Shown here in pieces: positions 10,467 to 19,976 of a stretch of DNA of 64,000 bases. Source of the DNA: an uncultured Gammaproteobacteria bacterium (GTDB lineage: Bacteria; Patescibacteriota; Microgenomatia; Daviesbacterales; UBA10151); contig CAYOOO010000006.1 in the NCBI GenBank assembly GCA_964405655.1, positions 3,671 through 67,670 on the forward strand, given 5' to 3'. How positions within the stretch are numbered: the stretch's first letter is position 1; each line of letters opens with the position of its first letter. Under the pieces are notes generated by a model. It saw nothing but the letters and a program-made list of their open reading frames with translations, ran no database searches and was not told the DNA's origin. Made by a program: the position numbers and the translations under genes.

Positions 10467-11253
10467 AGCATCTATTGTTATAGTAACATACAATTGCCAG
10501 GACTTTATCAAAGATACTCTTGCATCAGTTATCAAGAATTCGCCAGAGAGTTGCGAAATAATTGTTTTAGATAATGACTCAAACGACTTGACTGTTAAGC
10601 TGCTAAGAGAATTTAAAGAAAAGATTAATTTGATTGAGTCAAGCCAGAATTTAGGATTCTCTAAAGGTAACAATTTAGCTGCAAAAAGTGCCAAAGGAAA
10701 ATTTTTATTTTTCTTAAACCCGGATATCTACATGGACGATCCAATCTTAGATGAACTCATCGATTTTTTAAATGATAAGGATAATGTAGCAATTGTGGGG
10801 CCTAAGCTGGTTATGATTAATGGCACTACTCAAGCATCTGTTAAAAGATTACCAACAATTAGTGGGGCCTTTAGAGAGTTTGTCTTAGGTGTAAAAAATG
10901 CATATTCAGAATATATCCCGCAGTCTGATCAACCGCTAGAAGTTGAGTGTGTTTATGGAGCAGCTATTTTAATAAAAAAAGATTTCTTTGAGAATCTTGG
11001 AGGGTTTAATGAAAAGTACTTTCTTTATTATGAAGATATTGATCTTTGTAAAAGAGTTAAAAAGTTAGGTAAAAAGATTTATTATTATCCTGGAGTGACT
11101 TTGAGACATATTATTGGGGGTACAAAAACTAATTTAGATAAACAAAGATTAAATTACCAGGCCTCTATAATTTATCATGGTTTAATAGGAGCTTGGATAT
11201 TAAGGTTTATATTTAATATTTACAGATTGCGAAGACTCTTTAAGCTGGTTTAG
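10459..11253 (+). CDS. GT2 glycosyltransferase (WbbL-like)
   Basis: IVTYN, LDNDSND, NLGFSKGNN, FLNPD, YFLYYEDIDLC. Confidence 0.9.
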   Translation: MIRASIVIVTYNCQDFIKDTLASVIKNSPESCEIIVLDNDSNDLTVKLLREFKEKINLIESSQNLGFSKGNNLAAKSAKGKFLFFLNPDIYMDDPILDELIDFLNDKDNVAIVGPKLVMINGTTQASVKRLPTISGAFREFVLGVKNAYSEYIPQSDQPLEVECVYGAAILIKKDFFENLGGFNEKYFLYYEDIDLCKRVKKLGKKIYYYPGVTLRHIIGGTKTNLDKQRLNYQASIIYHGLIGAWILRFIFNIYRLRRLFKLV

Positions 11254-11264
11254 AATTTAAGAAT

Positions 11265-12227
11265 ATGAGCAAATCAGATTTATCAGTGATAGTACCATTT
11301 TATAATGAAAATAAAAATCTGGGACAGCTGCATCAAGAACTAATAGAGGCTTTGAATAAGCTAGATATCAAAAATGAAATAATCTATGTTAATGATGGAA
11401 GCAGCGATGATTCTATCAAAACTCTTAATCAAGCGATTTCAGATACTAAATCTTTAAATGATGTGAATATAAGCTTAATATCTTTCAGGAGAAATTTCGG
11501 TCAAACAGCTGCAACTTCTGCGGGAATAGATTATGCTAGAGGTAACTTAGTTGCTTTTCTAGATGCTGATTTACAAAATGACCCTAAAGATCTAGTTAAA
11601 TTCTATGGTGAAATTCAACAAGGTTACGATGCAGTCTTTGGTTGGAGAAAAGAAAGAGAGGATTTTTTCTTAAGAAACTTTGCATCTAAAATAGCTAACT
11701 TTATTATTAGGAAAATTTTTCAAATCCCGCTGCATGATGTAGGTTGCTCTCTAAAAATTGTCAAAAAAGAAATCTTAGATGATATCCATCTTTATGGAGA
11801 GTCTCATCGAATTATGCCAGTTTTAATTTACTGGAAGGGAGTTAAAATAAAAGAATTAGTTACAAATCATAGAAAACGACTTTTTGAGAAATCAAAATAT
11901 GGTTACTCAAGGATATTAAAGTTAGTCATAGATCTGATTACTCTTAAATTTTTAAATTCTTATGGAACTAAACCCGCTTATGTTTTTGGTGCGGCTGGAA
12001 TACTAAGTAATGTATTAGGATTTATTACTCTTGTCTGGGTAGGCTACCAAAAAATATTTTTGCAAATTTATGTTCACAGAAACCCACTGTTTCTAATCTC
12101 AATTTTTTTTGTATTACTTGGAGTCCAATTTGTATTAATGGGGCTTTTGGCAGAACTTTTGGTCAGGACTTATTTTGAGTCCCAGAAAAAAACAACCTAT
12201 GAGATTAAAGAGGTAAAAACTTTTTAA
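11265..12227 (+). CDS. Polyprenyl-phosphate glycosyltransferase (ArnC/GtrB-like GT2)
   Basis: PFYNE, VNDGSSD, RNFGQTAA, LDADLQNDP and two C-terminal TM helices. Confidence 0.9.
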   Translation: MSKSDLSVIVPFYNENKNLGQLHQELIEALNKLDIKNEIIYVNDGSSDDSIKTLNQAISDTKSLNDVNISLISFRRNFGQTAATSAGIDYARGNLVAFLDADLQNDPKDLVKFYGEIQQGYDAVFGWRKEREDFFLRNFASKIANFIIRKIFQIPLHDVGCSLKIVKKEILDDIHLYGESHRIMPVLIYWKGVKIKELVTNHRKRLFEKSKYGYSRILKLVIDLITLKFLNSYGTKPAYVFGAAGILSNVLGFITLVWVGYQKIFLQIYVHRNPLFLISIFFVLLGVQFVLMGLLAELLVRTYFESQKKTTYEIKEVKTF

Positions 12228-14050
12228 TGTGTGGTATTACAGGAATTGTTGACTTCTCCTCCCAACCTAAGAAAACTGCTTTGATTAAGAGTCTTAACAA
12301 GATAACTCATCGTGGTCCTGATTCCTCAGGTTGTTACATTGATAAAAATGTTGCCTTAGGAGTTAGAAGACTAAGTATCATCGACCTTAAGACTGGAGAT
12401 CAACCAATCAGTAACGAGGATAACTTAATAACTATTGTCTTCAATGGCGAGATCTATAATTTTAAGTCACTCCGACAGATGCTTGTTGAAAAGGGTCATA
12501 AATTCAAAACTAAGACTGATACAGAGGTGTTGGTTCATCTTTATGAGGTTTATGGAGATTCTATGATGAAATTTCTTAATGGAATGTTTGCCTTTGCAAT
12601 TTGGGATAAGAAAAAAAATAAACTGTTCATCGGCCGGGATCATGCAGGTATTAAGCCTTTATATTATCTAAAGCAAGGCAGTAAGATTTTTTTTGGCTCT
12701 GAGGTTAAAACAATTTTAAGCTTTTTAAATGGTTCTCCTTCTGTAAATAACGAGTCATTAGCACTGTACACTTTCTTAGGATATATCCCTGGGGATAATT
12801 CTATCTTTGAGGGAATCAAGAAACTTCCCCCAGGACATTATCTGACTTTTGATAAGAATGGTTTAAAATTAGTTAAATATTATCAAGTAAAAATTAATCA
12901 GAAAGCAAAAATAGAGAAGCTGGATGATCTATTGAAAGATGCAGTCAGTCTTCAATCCGTCGCTGATGTACCACTGGGGGTTTTTTTAAGTGGTGGATTA
13001 GATTCATCAATTGTTACCTATTATTTGACTATGCTGAAGCATAATGTTAAGACTTTTTCTATTACTTTTGAAGAAGGTAGTTTTGACGAAAGTGAGTATG
13101 CACTACTTGTTGCTAAAAGGTTGCAAACTAAACACTACCAGGATAGTTTTTCAGTTAACGAAATTCCTAATCTATTTGACAAAATAACCGATCAACTTGA
13201 CGAGCCTTTATCTGATCCTTCACTATTTCCAACATTTAAAGTATCAGCTCTTGCCAAAAAAAACGTTAAAGTTGCCTTAAGTGGAGATGGGGGAGATGAG
13301 CTTTTTGGAGGATATCCAACATATCAAGGACATATTTTGGCAGAAAGATTTAAGTGGATCCCAAAAGCTTTTTTAGATAATTTAACAAAAAGCTTGAAAA
13401 TTCTTCCGAGAACCTTCGAAAACTTTCCTACAAAGGAAGTTTTAACTAGTTTTTTGTTAGGTATATCAAAACCAGCCGCCCAAAGACACATTTTTTGGAT
13501 GAGTCTGTTCTCTCAAGGCCAAAAAGAGCTTTTAGATATCTCTAAAACAAATTGGTATAAAAAAGAAATCTTATCCTTAAAGGGGGAGCAAGAAGATCTC
13601 CTGAAAAAAATGCAGCTTTTAGACTTTAATACTTATTTAGCTGATGATCTTTTAACCAAAGTTGACCGAGCATCAATGATAAACTCACTAGAAGTCAGAG
13701 TCCCTTTTTTAGATCCCAGAATTATTGAATTTGCTTATGGAAGCTCTAAAAATCATGTAGATTTACTTGTAACTAAGAAACATTTGAGAAATCTTTTAAA
13801 GGATCTTTTTCCTAAAAGTATTACCAAAAGGAAGAAAAAAGGCTTTGGCATCCCACTCTCAAAATGGCTTTGTTTTGAGCTAAAAGATTTAGCATATGAT
13901 CATCTAAAAAGCAAAAAATTGAACAACTTTTTTAAACCTACAGTAATTGAACGAGTTTGGAAAAATCATCAGGAAGGTAAAGAAAATAATGCCAAGATTA
14001 TTTGGATGTTGGTGATGTTTAGCAGTTGGTTAAGTAAGTGGAGTAACTAG
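12227..14050 (+). CDS. asnB: Asparagine synthase (glutamine-hydrolysing) family amidotransferase, probably glycan-amidating
   Basis: N-terminal MCGI nucleophile, HRGPD, RLSIID, FNGEIYN, LSGGLDSS, SGDGGDELFGGY, KVDRASM, EVRVPFLD. Confidence 0.93.
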   Translation: MCGITGIVDFSSQPKKTALIKSLNKITHRGPDSSGCYIDKNVALGVRRLSIIDLKTGDQPISNEDNLITIVFNGEIYNFKSLRQMLVEKGHKFKTKTDTEVLVHLYEVYGDSMMKFLNGMFAFAIWDKKKNKLFIGRDHAGIKPLYYLKQGSKIFFGSEVKTILSFLNGSPSVNNESLALYTFLGYIPGDNSIFEGIKKLPPGHYLTFDKNGLKLVKYYQVKINQKAKIEKLDDLLKDAVSLQSVADVPLGVFLSGGLDSSIVTYYLTMLKHNVKTFSITFEEGSFDESEYALLVAKRLQTKHYQDSFSVNEIPNLFDKITDQLDEPLSDPSLFPTFKVSALAKKNVKVALSGDGGDELFGGYPTYQGHILAERFKWIPKAFLDNLTKSLKILPRTFENFPTKEVLTSFLLGISKPAAQRHIFWMSLFSQGQKELLDISKTNWYKKEILSLKGEQEDLLKKMQLLDFNTYLADDLLTKVDRASMINSLEVRVPFLDPRIIEFAYGSSKNHVDLLVTKKHLRNLLKDLFPKSITKRKKKGFGIPLSKWLCFELKDLAYDHLKSKKLNNFFKPTVIERVWKNHQEGKENNAKIIWMLVMFSSWLSKWSN

Positions 14051-14808
14051 CGCTTCTTTGATAAAATTGCCCAGGATATTGAGTTAACTGGAGATATTTT
14101 TAGTATTTCTAATTTATCACTTGTAAAAAGCTTTTTGACCTCTTCTTTTTTCCAGTAATTAGCGATTTTGGGAAGGAGTTGATCTAGGACAATTGTATGG
14201 ATATGCCAAAACCAAAACTGTTTTAACTGAGCCAAATACTCATTTTTTTGGGGAAAGAGCTTAAGATAAAGATAGAATGGAACAGAAAAGAAGTAGGCAA
14301 TCAGATTAGTTATACTTGGAGGAATATGAGAAGTGAAGGCCCTAATAGGGTTAATAAACTTAATTTTCAATTTATTACCCTCATATCCATAAACCCAGCA
14401 AATTAACTTTCCGCCTTTCTTAGTTGCCTTGATTAAATTTTCTATAGCCTTCTTTGGGTTTTCCAGATGGTGTAATACTCCTATACAGATAGTAAGGTCA
14501 AACTCCTCTTTATAGTCGATATCATATATTGATACCCAATCAACCCTGGCATTCTTGAAATTAGCTAAATTTTCTCTTGCCACCTCAACAGTGTGTTTAT
14601 CAACATCAAAGGCAACAACAGATTTTGCCCCGTAATAAAGTGGCCAATAACTATTCCTGCCAGTGCCACAACCAGCATCCAAGACCTTTTTATTTTTGAT
14701 ATTAAGTTTTCTTAAAGGAGTAATCCACTTTAAGAATTGTTGTTCGTAAGCTGGGATTATTTTTGGATAATTGACCCATTCAAAACTAAATCTATCGGCA
14801 GAGCCCAT
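14047..14808 (-). CDS. Class I SAM-dependent methyltransferase
   Basis: VLDAGCGTGR, FDLTICIGVLHH. Start placed at the ATG at 14808, 7 nt after an extended -10 element. Confidence 0.88.
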   Translation of the reverse strand: MGSADRFSFEWVNYPKIIPAYEQQFLKWITPLRKLNIKNKKVLDAGCGTGRNSYWPLYYGAKSVVAFDVDKHTVEVARENLANFKNARVDWVSIYDIDYKEEFDLTICIGVLHHLENPKKAIENLIKATKKGGKLICWVYGYEGNKLKIKFINPIRAFTSHIPPSITNLIAYFFSVPFYLYLKLFPQKNEYLAQLKQFWFWHIHTIVLDQLLPKIANYWKKEEVKKLFTSDKLEILKISPVNSISWAILSKKR

Positions 14809-14815
14809 AAACAAG

Positions 14816-14824
14816 ATTTTAACA
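14816..14824 (-). promoter_or_regulatory. Putative extended -10 element, near-leaderless
   Basis: Minus strand reads TGTTAAAAT-7 nt-ATG. Confidence 0.5.
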
Positions 14825-14963
14825 TAATATACTCGTCTAACTCGAGTTTGCAGCTCTCATTAGCTGATTATGTACCAAAAATATTGGTTATAAGTTACAA
14901 ATTAGAGTATTTTGGGTATAAGCCTTCGCATTTTAAATATCAGTTTAGTACAATCAATTTAAG

Positions 14964-16661
14964 TTGACCAGGAAACATTTTTTAGTTCTAGGTTTAATTT
15001 TACTACTGGCTCTTTTTCTACGTGTTTATCAGCTAAACAAAGTACCGATTGAGCTTTTTGGTGATGAGATAGATGTTGGTATTCAAGCTTACTCTATTTT
15101 AAAAACTGGCAAAGATTATTTAGGTAACTCCTTTCCTGTCATGTTTCAGTCTTTTGATGAGAGTAGATTACCCCTTTTAATTTATTCAGCTGTACCTAGT
15201 GTTGCCCTTTTTGGTTTAAATGAATGGGGAGTCAGACTACCTGCCTCAATCTTTGGAGTTCTCTCAGTTGTTGGAATATTTTTAGTTGCAAGGAAGCTTT
15301 TCAATTTTAAAGTAGCTATTATCTCTGCTGTTTTACTTACCATCTCTCCTTGGAATTTACATTATTCAAGATGGTCTAATGATGCCATAAGTTTATTAGG
15401 ACTAGTTTCTTTTGGGACCTATTTCTTTTTACTCGGTTTAAGAAGATTTAGCATCCTTGTTATCTCAGCAATATTTTTCTCCTTAACATTATATGCTTAT
15501 TCAATCTCGGCTGTTTTTCTGCCCCTATTTCTATTACTACTTTTATTTTTATATTGGAAAGATCTAGAGAAAATCTCAAAAACTAAATTAATCTCTTTAG
15601 CTTTTATCTTGATAGTTCTAGTGCTTCCCTACATATATTATTCGATTAATGGTCCAGCTTCTGAAAGATTTTCTAAAATATCCATTTTTGCTGATCAGAA
15701 AATATTGGATAAAGCTACAGAAAGTCAGGCCCAAGATAGCTCTATCTCGACTAAGCTATTTCGAAATAAATTCACCCTTATGTTTAATAAAATTTCAGAA
15801 AATTATATAGAATCTTTCTCTTCTCAGTTTCTTTTCACCAGGGGAGATCCTAACTTTAGACATGCTATTGCAGAGATGGGACAGATGTATTTATTTGAAG
15901 CTCTTTTTCTGATTCTTGGTCTGTCTATCTTTGCTAAAAATATTTATCAAAAAAAAGTATTGGAAAATAAAGAGATAATGTTAATCTTAGGATGGATACT
16001 GATTGCCCCTGTAGCTGCTGCTTTAACTAAAGAAGGTGGAAATCATAATGCCAGGGTGATCTTAATGCTACCTCCACTGGTAATAACTACAGCACTGGGG
16101 ATTCAGTTATTGTTAAGTTTTAGATCTCAACTCAAGTTTAAATTAATATTTGTTTTTATCTCATTTTTGGCCGTTTATAACATCTTTAGTTATTTTTATA
16201 GATACTATAATGAATGGTCTTGGCAAAGTTGGCGTTTCTGGCAATTAGGATATAAAGAAGCAATAACTTATATAAAAGAAAATGAATCCAGTTACAACCG
16301 GATATTTTTCAACAGTACTTATGAACCTGCCTTACCTAGATTTTTATTCTGGTACCAATTTGACCCAAAAGAATTTCAAAAACTTTTTACTGGTAAAGAT
16401 AGAAAGGAGCAATTAGTAAAGGGTTTTAATGGGTTTTCCTTAGGAGATAAATACTATTTTGGGATAGTTTCTAAACTTATCTCAGATCAAGGATTTGTTG
16501 AGCTTTTGGGAAAAGAAGATGTGTACATGGTTAGTCAGAGAGATGAAGTAGGAACAATAGATTGGACTAAAGATCCTCCCAAAGGACTTAATATCTTAAA
16601 AGTGATTTATAATCCCAAACAAGAACCAATCTTTTATATAGTTACTAAAAAGGAGAGTTAA
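14964..16661 (+). CDS. GT-C fold glycosyltransferase (PMT_2/ArnT-like), paralog 1
   Basis: P..LFGDE...AYSILKTGKD motif, GLNEWGVRLP, ISPW..HYSR, about 11 TM helices and a C-terminal soluble domain. Confidence 0.85.
   Translation: MTRKHFLVLGLILLLALFLRVYQLNKVPIELFGDEIDVGIQAYSILKTGKDYLGNSFPVMFQSFDESRLPLLIYSAVPSVALFGLNEWGVRLPASIFGVLSVVGIFLVARKLFNFKVAIISAVLLTISPWNLHYSRWSNDAISLLGLVSFGTYFFLLGLRRFSILVISAIFFSLTLYAYSISAVFLPLFLLLLLFLYWKDLEKISKTKLISLAFILIVLVLPYIYYSINGPASERFSKISIFADQKILDKATESQAQDSSISTKLFRNKFTLMFNKISENYIESFSSQFLFTRGDPNFRHAIAEMGQMYLFEALFLILGLSIFAKNIYQKKVLENKEIMLILGWILIAPVAAALTKEGGNHNARVILMLPPLVITTALGIQLLLSFRSQLKFKLIFVFISFLAVYNIFSYFYRYYNEWSWQSWRFWQLGYKEAITYIKENESSYNRIFFNSTYEPALPRFLFWYQFDPKEFQKLFTGKDRKEQLVKGFNGFSLGDKYYFGIVSKLISDQGFVELLGKEDVYMVSQRDEVGTIDWTKDPPKGLNILKVIYNPKQEPIFYIVTKKES
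15024..15241 (+). repeat. 218-bp perfect direct repeat, copy 1
   Basis: Identical by manual comparison to 16719-16936 (gtttatcagcta...gtcagactacc). Confidence 0.93.
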
Positions 16662-18350
16662 GTGAAGTTTAAACTTTTTTCTTTAGGATTAATACTTTTA
16701 ATAGCTTTAATACTCAGAGTTTATCAGCTAAACAAAGTACCGATTGAGCTTTTTGGTGATGAGATAGATGTTGGTATTCAAGCTTACTCTATTTTAAAAA
16801 CTGGCAAAGATTATTTAGGTAACTCCTTTCCTGTCATGTTTCAGTCTTTTGATGAGAGTAGATTACCCCTTTTAATTTATTCAGCTGTACCTAGTGTTGC
16901 CCTTTTTGGTTTAAATGAATGGGGAGTCAGACTACCAAGCGTCTTCTTTGGGATGCTATCACTGATTGGAATCTATTTATTAACAAGACAGCTTTTTAAC
17001 AGTAAAACTGCCTTATTTGCACTAATACTTCTGGCTATTTCTCCCTGGCATTTACAAATCAGTAGGCAAGCAAATGATGCAACCGTTATCTTACCAGTAA
17101 TGTTATTTGCTATTTGGTTTTTTTTGTTGGGTCTTAAAAGATACTTATTGTTAATAATTTCTGCAATCCTATTTGCCTTAACTTTTTATACTTATGCAAT
17201 TGCTGCAATATTTACTCCTTTAATAGTTATTTGTTTGTCAATACTTTTTTATAGACAGTTTTTAAAGTTAGGTTTGTTAAAAATAACAATGGTTCTGTTA
17301 GTAGGATTTATTATATTACTACCTTATTTAAGTTTATATGTGAGTGGAAAAGCCTCAACTAGATTCTCAACTATTTCAGTCTCCTCGGATAAAGGTATTA
17401 ACGATAAAATATTCACATACCGTAGAAGAGCCGACTCATCCTTTACTCCGCTAATTTACAACAAACCATCTGTTTACTCGGACGAGATTATTAAAAATTA
17501 CCTTAAAGCTTTTTCATCAGAATTTCTATTTGTGATTGGAGATCCTAACTTACGGCATTCAGTCGGAGGATTAGGTGAATTCTACTTATTTACCTTAGCT
17601 GGGTTAATACTAGGGATATTTTTTATTGTCAACAACTTTAATGGAAAGTACAAAACTTCTTTTAAAATTTTGGCTGTCTGCTTAATTTTAGCACCAGTTC
17701 CTGCATCGCTTACTAGAGATGGTGGTTACCATGCTCCCAGATTGTTTTTGTTATTACCATTTCTGGTAATAATTATATCACTTGGTATTAATTATTTAAC
17801 AGGGCTTAAAAGAAATATTTTTATCAAAGGATTATATTTATTAACCGGGTTTCTAATAGTAGTAAATCTAATAGGATATTTTTACAGATATTATATTGAG
17901 TGGTCAAAAGACAGCTGGAGATTCTGGCAGCTAGGATATAAAGAAGCATTGACCTATTTAAAAGAGAATGATTTAAAATATTCAAAGATTTACATTAACA
18001 ATACTTACGAGACTGCCTTGCCCCGATTTCTATTTTGGTATAACTATGATCCTGTTAGGTTTCAGCAAGTTTATCAAGGTAATAAAACAAAGGCTGATAT
18101 AGTTGATGGATTTGAGGGTTTTAAGTTTGATGATAAATATTATTTTGGTACCAAAACTGACAAGAGGATTGAAGATTTAATAGGTGAGAATGAAGTTTAT
18201 CTGGTAAGTTACAGAGATGAAACGGGACTCACAGATTGGAGAAAACAGCCACCTAATGGTTTAAAAGTTTTAAAGACAATTACCAATCCGTTTGACCAAC
18301 CGATATTTTTCATAGTAACCAAAGGAACAACACCGGATAAAAATGAATAA
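16662..18350 (+). CDS. GT-C fold glycosyltransferase (PMT_2/ArnT-like), paralog 2
   Basis: Same motifs as paralog 1, with an identical N-terminal loop and a diverged remainder. Confidence 0.85.
   Translation: MKFKLFSLGLILLIALILRVYQLNKVPIELFGDEIDVGIQAYSILKTGKDYLGNSFPVMFQSFDESRLPLLIYSAVPSVALFGLNEWGVRLPSVFFGMLSLIGIYLLTRQLFNSKTALFALILLAISPWHLQISRQANDATVILPVMLFAIWFFLLGLKRYLLLIISAILFALTFYTYAIAAIFTPLIVICLSILFYRQFLKLGLLKITMVLLVGFIILLPYLSLYVSGKASTRFSTISVSSDKGINDKIFTYRRRADSSFTPLIYNKPSVYSDEIIKNYLKAFSSEFLFVIGDPNLRHSVGGLGEFYLFTLAGLILGIFFIVNNFNGKYKTSFKILAVCLILAPVPASLTRDGGYHAPRLFLLLPFLVIIISLGINYLTGLKRNIFIKGLYLLTGFLIVVNLIGYFYRYYIEWSKDSWRFWQLGYKEALTYLKENDLKYSKIYINNTYETALPRFLFWYNYDPVRFQQVYQGNKTKADIVDGFEGFKFDDKYYFGTKTDKRIEDLIGENEVYLVSYRDETGLTDWRKQPPNGLKVLKTITNPFDQPIFFIVTKGTTPDKNE
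16719..16936 (+). repeat. 218-bp perfect direct repeat, copy 2
   Basis: Identical to 15024-15241, with an in-frame offset of 1695 bp. Confidence 0.93.
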
Positions 18351-19968
18351 GATTTTACTTTCTGTTGTCTTTTTAATAGGTCTAGTTTTAAGACTAACAT
18401 TTTTGGATACATCTCCACCTGGTTTTAGTGGTGATGAAGCACAACAAGGCTATTCAGCTTACTCTATTTTAAAAACTGGCAAAGATGAATGGGGTCAATT
18501 CCTACCTTTAAATCCAAGGAGTACAGGAGATTATAAAGCTCCACTTCAAACTTATTTGATGGTACCAGCCATTGCGATATTTGGTTTAAATGAGTTTGCT
18601 ATCAGACTACCAGCAGCAGTCATTGGTGTTATAACAATACTGATTGTTTATTTTTTAACAAAAGAGCTGTTTAAAAATAGCATCATTAGTTTATGGTCAG
18701 CCTTTTTTATTGCTATTAACCCGTGGCATATTCAACTTTCTAGAACTGCCTTTGAAGGTGGTATAGGAGTCTTTCTATTTTCCCTAGGGCTACTCTTTTA
18801 TTTAAAAAGTAAACAAAATTTAAAGTATCTAATCTTAGGTGCAATAAGCTTTGGACTAGTATTATATACTTATCATTCATTTAAAGTTTTCACTATTCTT
18901 TTTCTACTGGGTATCGTAGTTTTCTTTAAAGAAACTTTTTCGAAAAAGAAATTTTTATTTTTTATTTTAGTTTTTGCTTTGTTTTTAATTCCATTAATTA
19001 TTAATCTAAAGTTATCTTCAACCAGGGCAACCGATGTAGGTATTTTTAGTAGTCGAATGATCGAAGGGTACTTTAAAAATAAAGGAACAAGTCCATTACC
19101 TTATAATCTAGATAGACTATTTGACAATAAACTATTTTTCGTTACCAGCGAGATTGTTAACAACTATTTATCGTATTATTCCCTTTACTTTTTCTTCACT
19201 CAGTCCCGTTCTGACAGTTCCTACCTAAATTTCCCAGGTTTTCCTCTTCTTTACCAAATAGAAATTATTTTTTGGATAGCTGCAATAATATATTTGTTTA
19301 AAAGGCGGGACAAGATCAGTAAACTCTTTTTATTGTGGTTTATGCTTGCACCCGTTCCTGCAGCTTTAGCTCAAGGATCAATGCATGCACACAGGGCTTT
19401 AACCTTTCTTCCCTTAACACCCCTTTTTTCAGGTCTAGGGGCATACCTTTTTATAAATTGGTTTTCTGAGAAGATTAAAATTAAGAAAAAAATCTTAGTT
19501 TATTTTTTAGTCGGATTTCTATTTGTCAACCTACTGTACTTCTTGCACTTTTACTTTATTAAACTTCCCAAGAATCCATCGATTAGCTTAAGAAGTGAAT
19601 ATAGGGAAGTCTTTACTAAATTGTGGGAATTACAAGATCGATATGATCAAATAGTGCTAACCAGAGTTTTTTCTATACCTCAAATATTTGTAGCCTTTTA
19701 TGGAAAATATGATCCAACCACCTACCAATTGGCATCAAAAGATTGGTTAAGGTATGAAAAATCTGATAGATTGTATATCGATCAATTACAGAGTTGGAAT
19801 TTAGATAAGTTTCTTTTTGAGGACATGGATTATAATGGAAAAGATAAAAAAAGAAAAAACGCCTTGCTTATTAGTACCATAAAAGACTTTCCAGATACAG
19901 TCAAACCTATTTATGAAGTAAGAAATAAAAGGGGAGAAGTCGTCTATTGGTTTGTTTCAATTAAATAA
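18343..19968 (+). CDS. GT-C fold glycosyltransferase (PMT_2/ArnT-like), paralog 3
   Basis: PPGFSGDEAQQGYSAYSILKTGKDEWG, GDYKAP, NPWHIQLSR. Confidence 0.85.
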   Translation: MNKILLSVVFLIGLVLRLTFLDTSPPGFSGDEAQQGYSAYSILKTGKDEWGQFLPLNPRSTGDYKAPLQTYLMVPAIAIFGLNEFAIRLPAAVIGVITILIVYFLTKELFKNSIISLWSAFFIAINPWHIQLSRTAFEGGIGVFLFSLGLLFYLKSKQNLKYLILGAISFGLVLYTYHSFKVFTILFLLGIVVFFKETFSKKKFLFFILVFALFLIPLIINLKLSSTRATDVGIFSSRMIEGYFKNKGTSPLPYNLDRLFDNKLFFVTSEIVNNYLSYYSLYFFFTQSRSDSSYLNFPGFPLLYQIEIIFWIAAIIYLFKRRDKISKLFLLWFMLAPVPAALAQGSMHAHRALTFLPLTPLFSGLGAYLFINWFSEKIKIKKKILVYFLVGFLFVNLLYFLHFYFIKLPKNPSISLRSEYREVFTKLWELQDRYDQIVLTRVFSIPQIFVAFYGKYDPTTYQLASKDWLRYEKSDRLYIDQLQSWNLDKFLFEDMDYNGKDKKRKNALLISTIKDFPDTVKPIYEVRNKRGEVVYWFVSIK

Positions 19969-19976
19969 AATATCCC

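Noticed and set aside
14737-14967. 76-aa plus-strand ORF across the intergenic region
   Set aside because: TTG start, overlaps the methyltransferase and both putative promoters, and has no recognisable features.
15024-16936. Diversity-generating retroelement TR/VR pair
   Set aside because: The copies are identical with no adenine-specific mismatches, both lie in N-terminal coding regions, and no reverse transcriptase is in the window.
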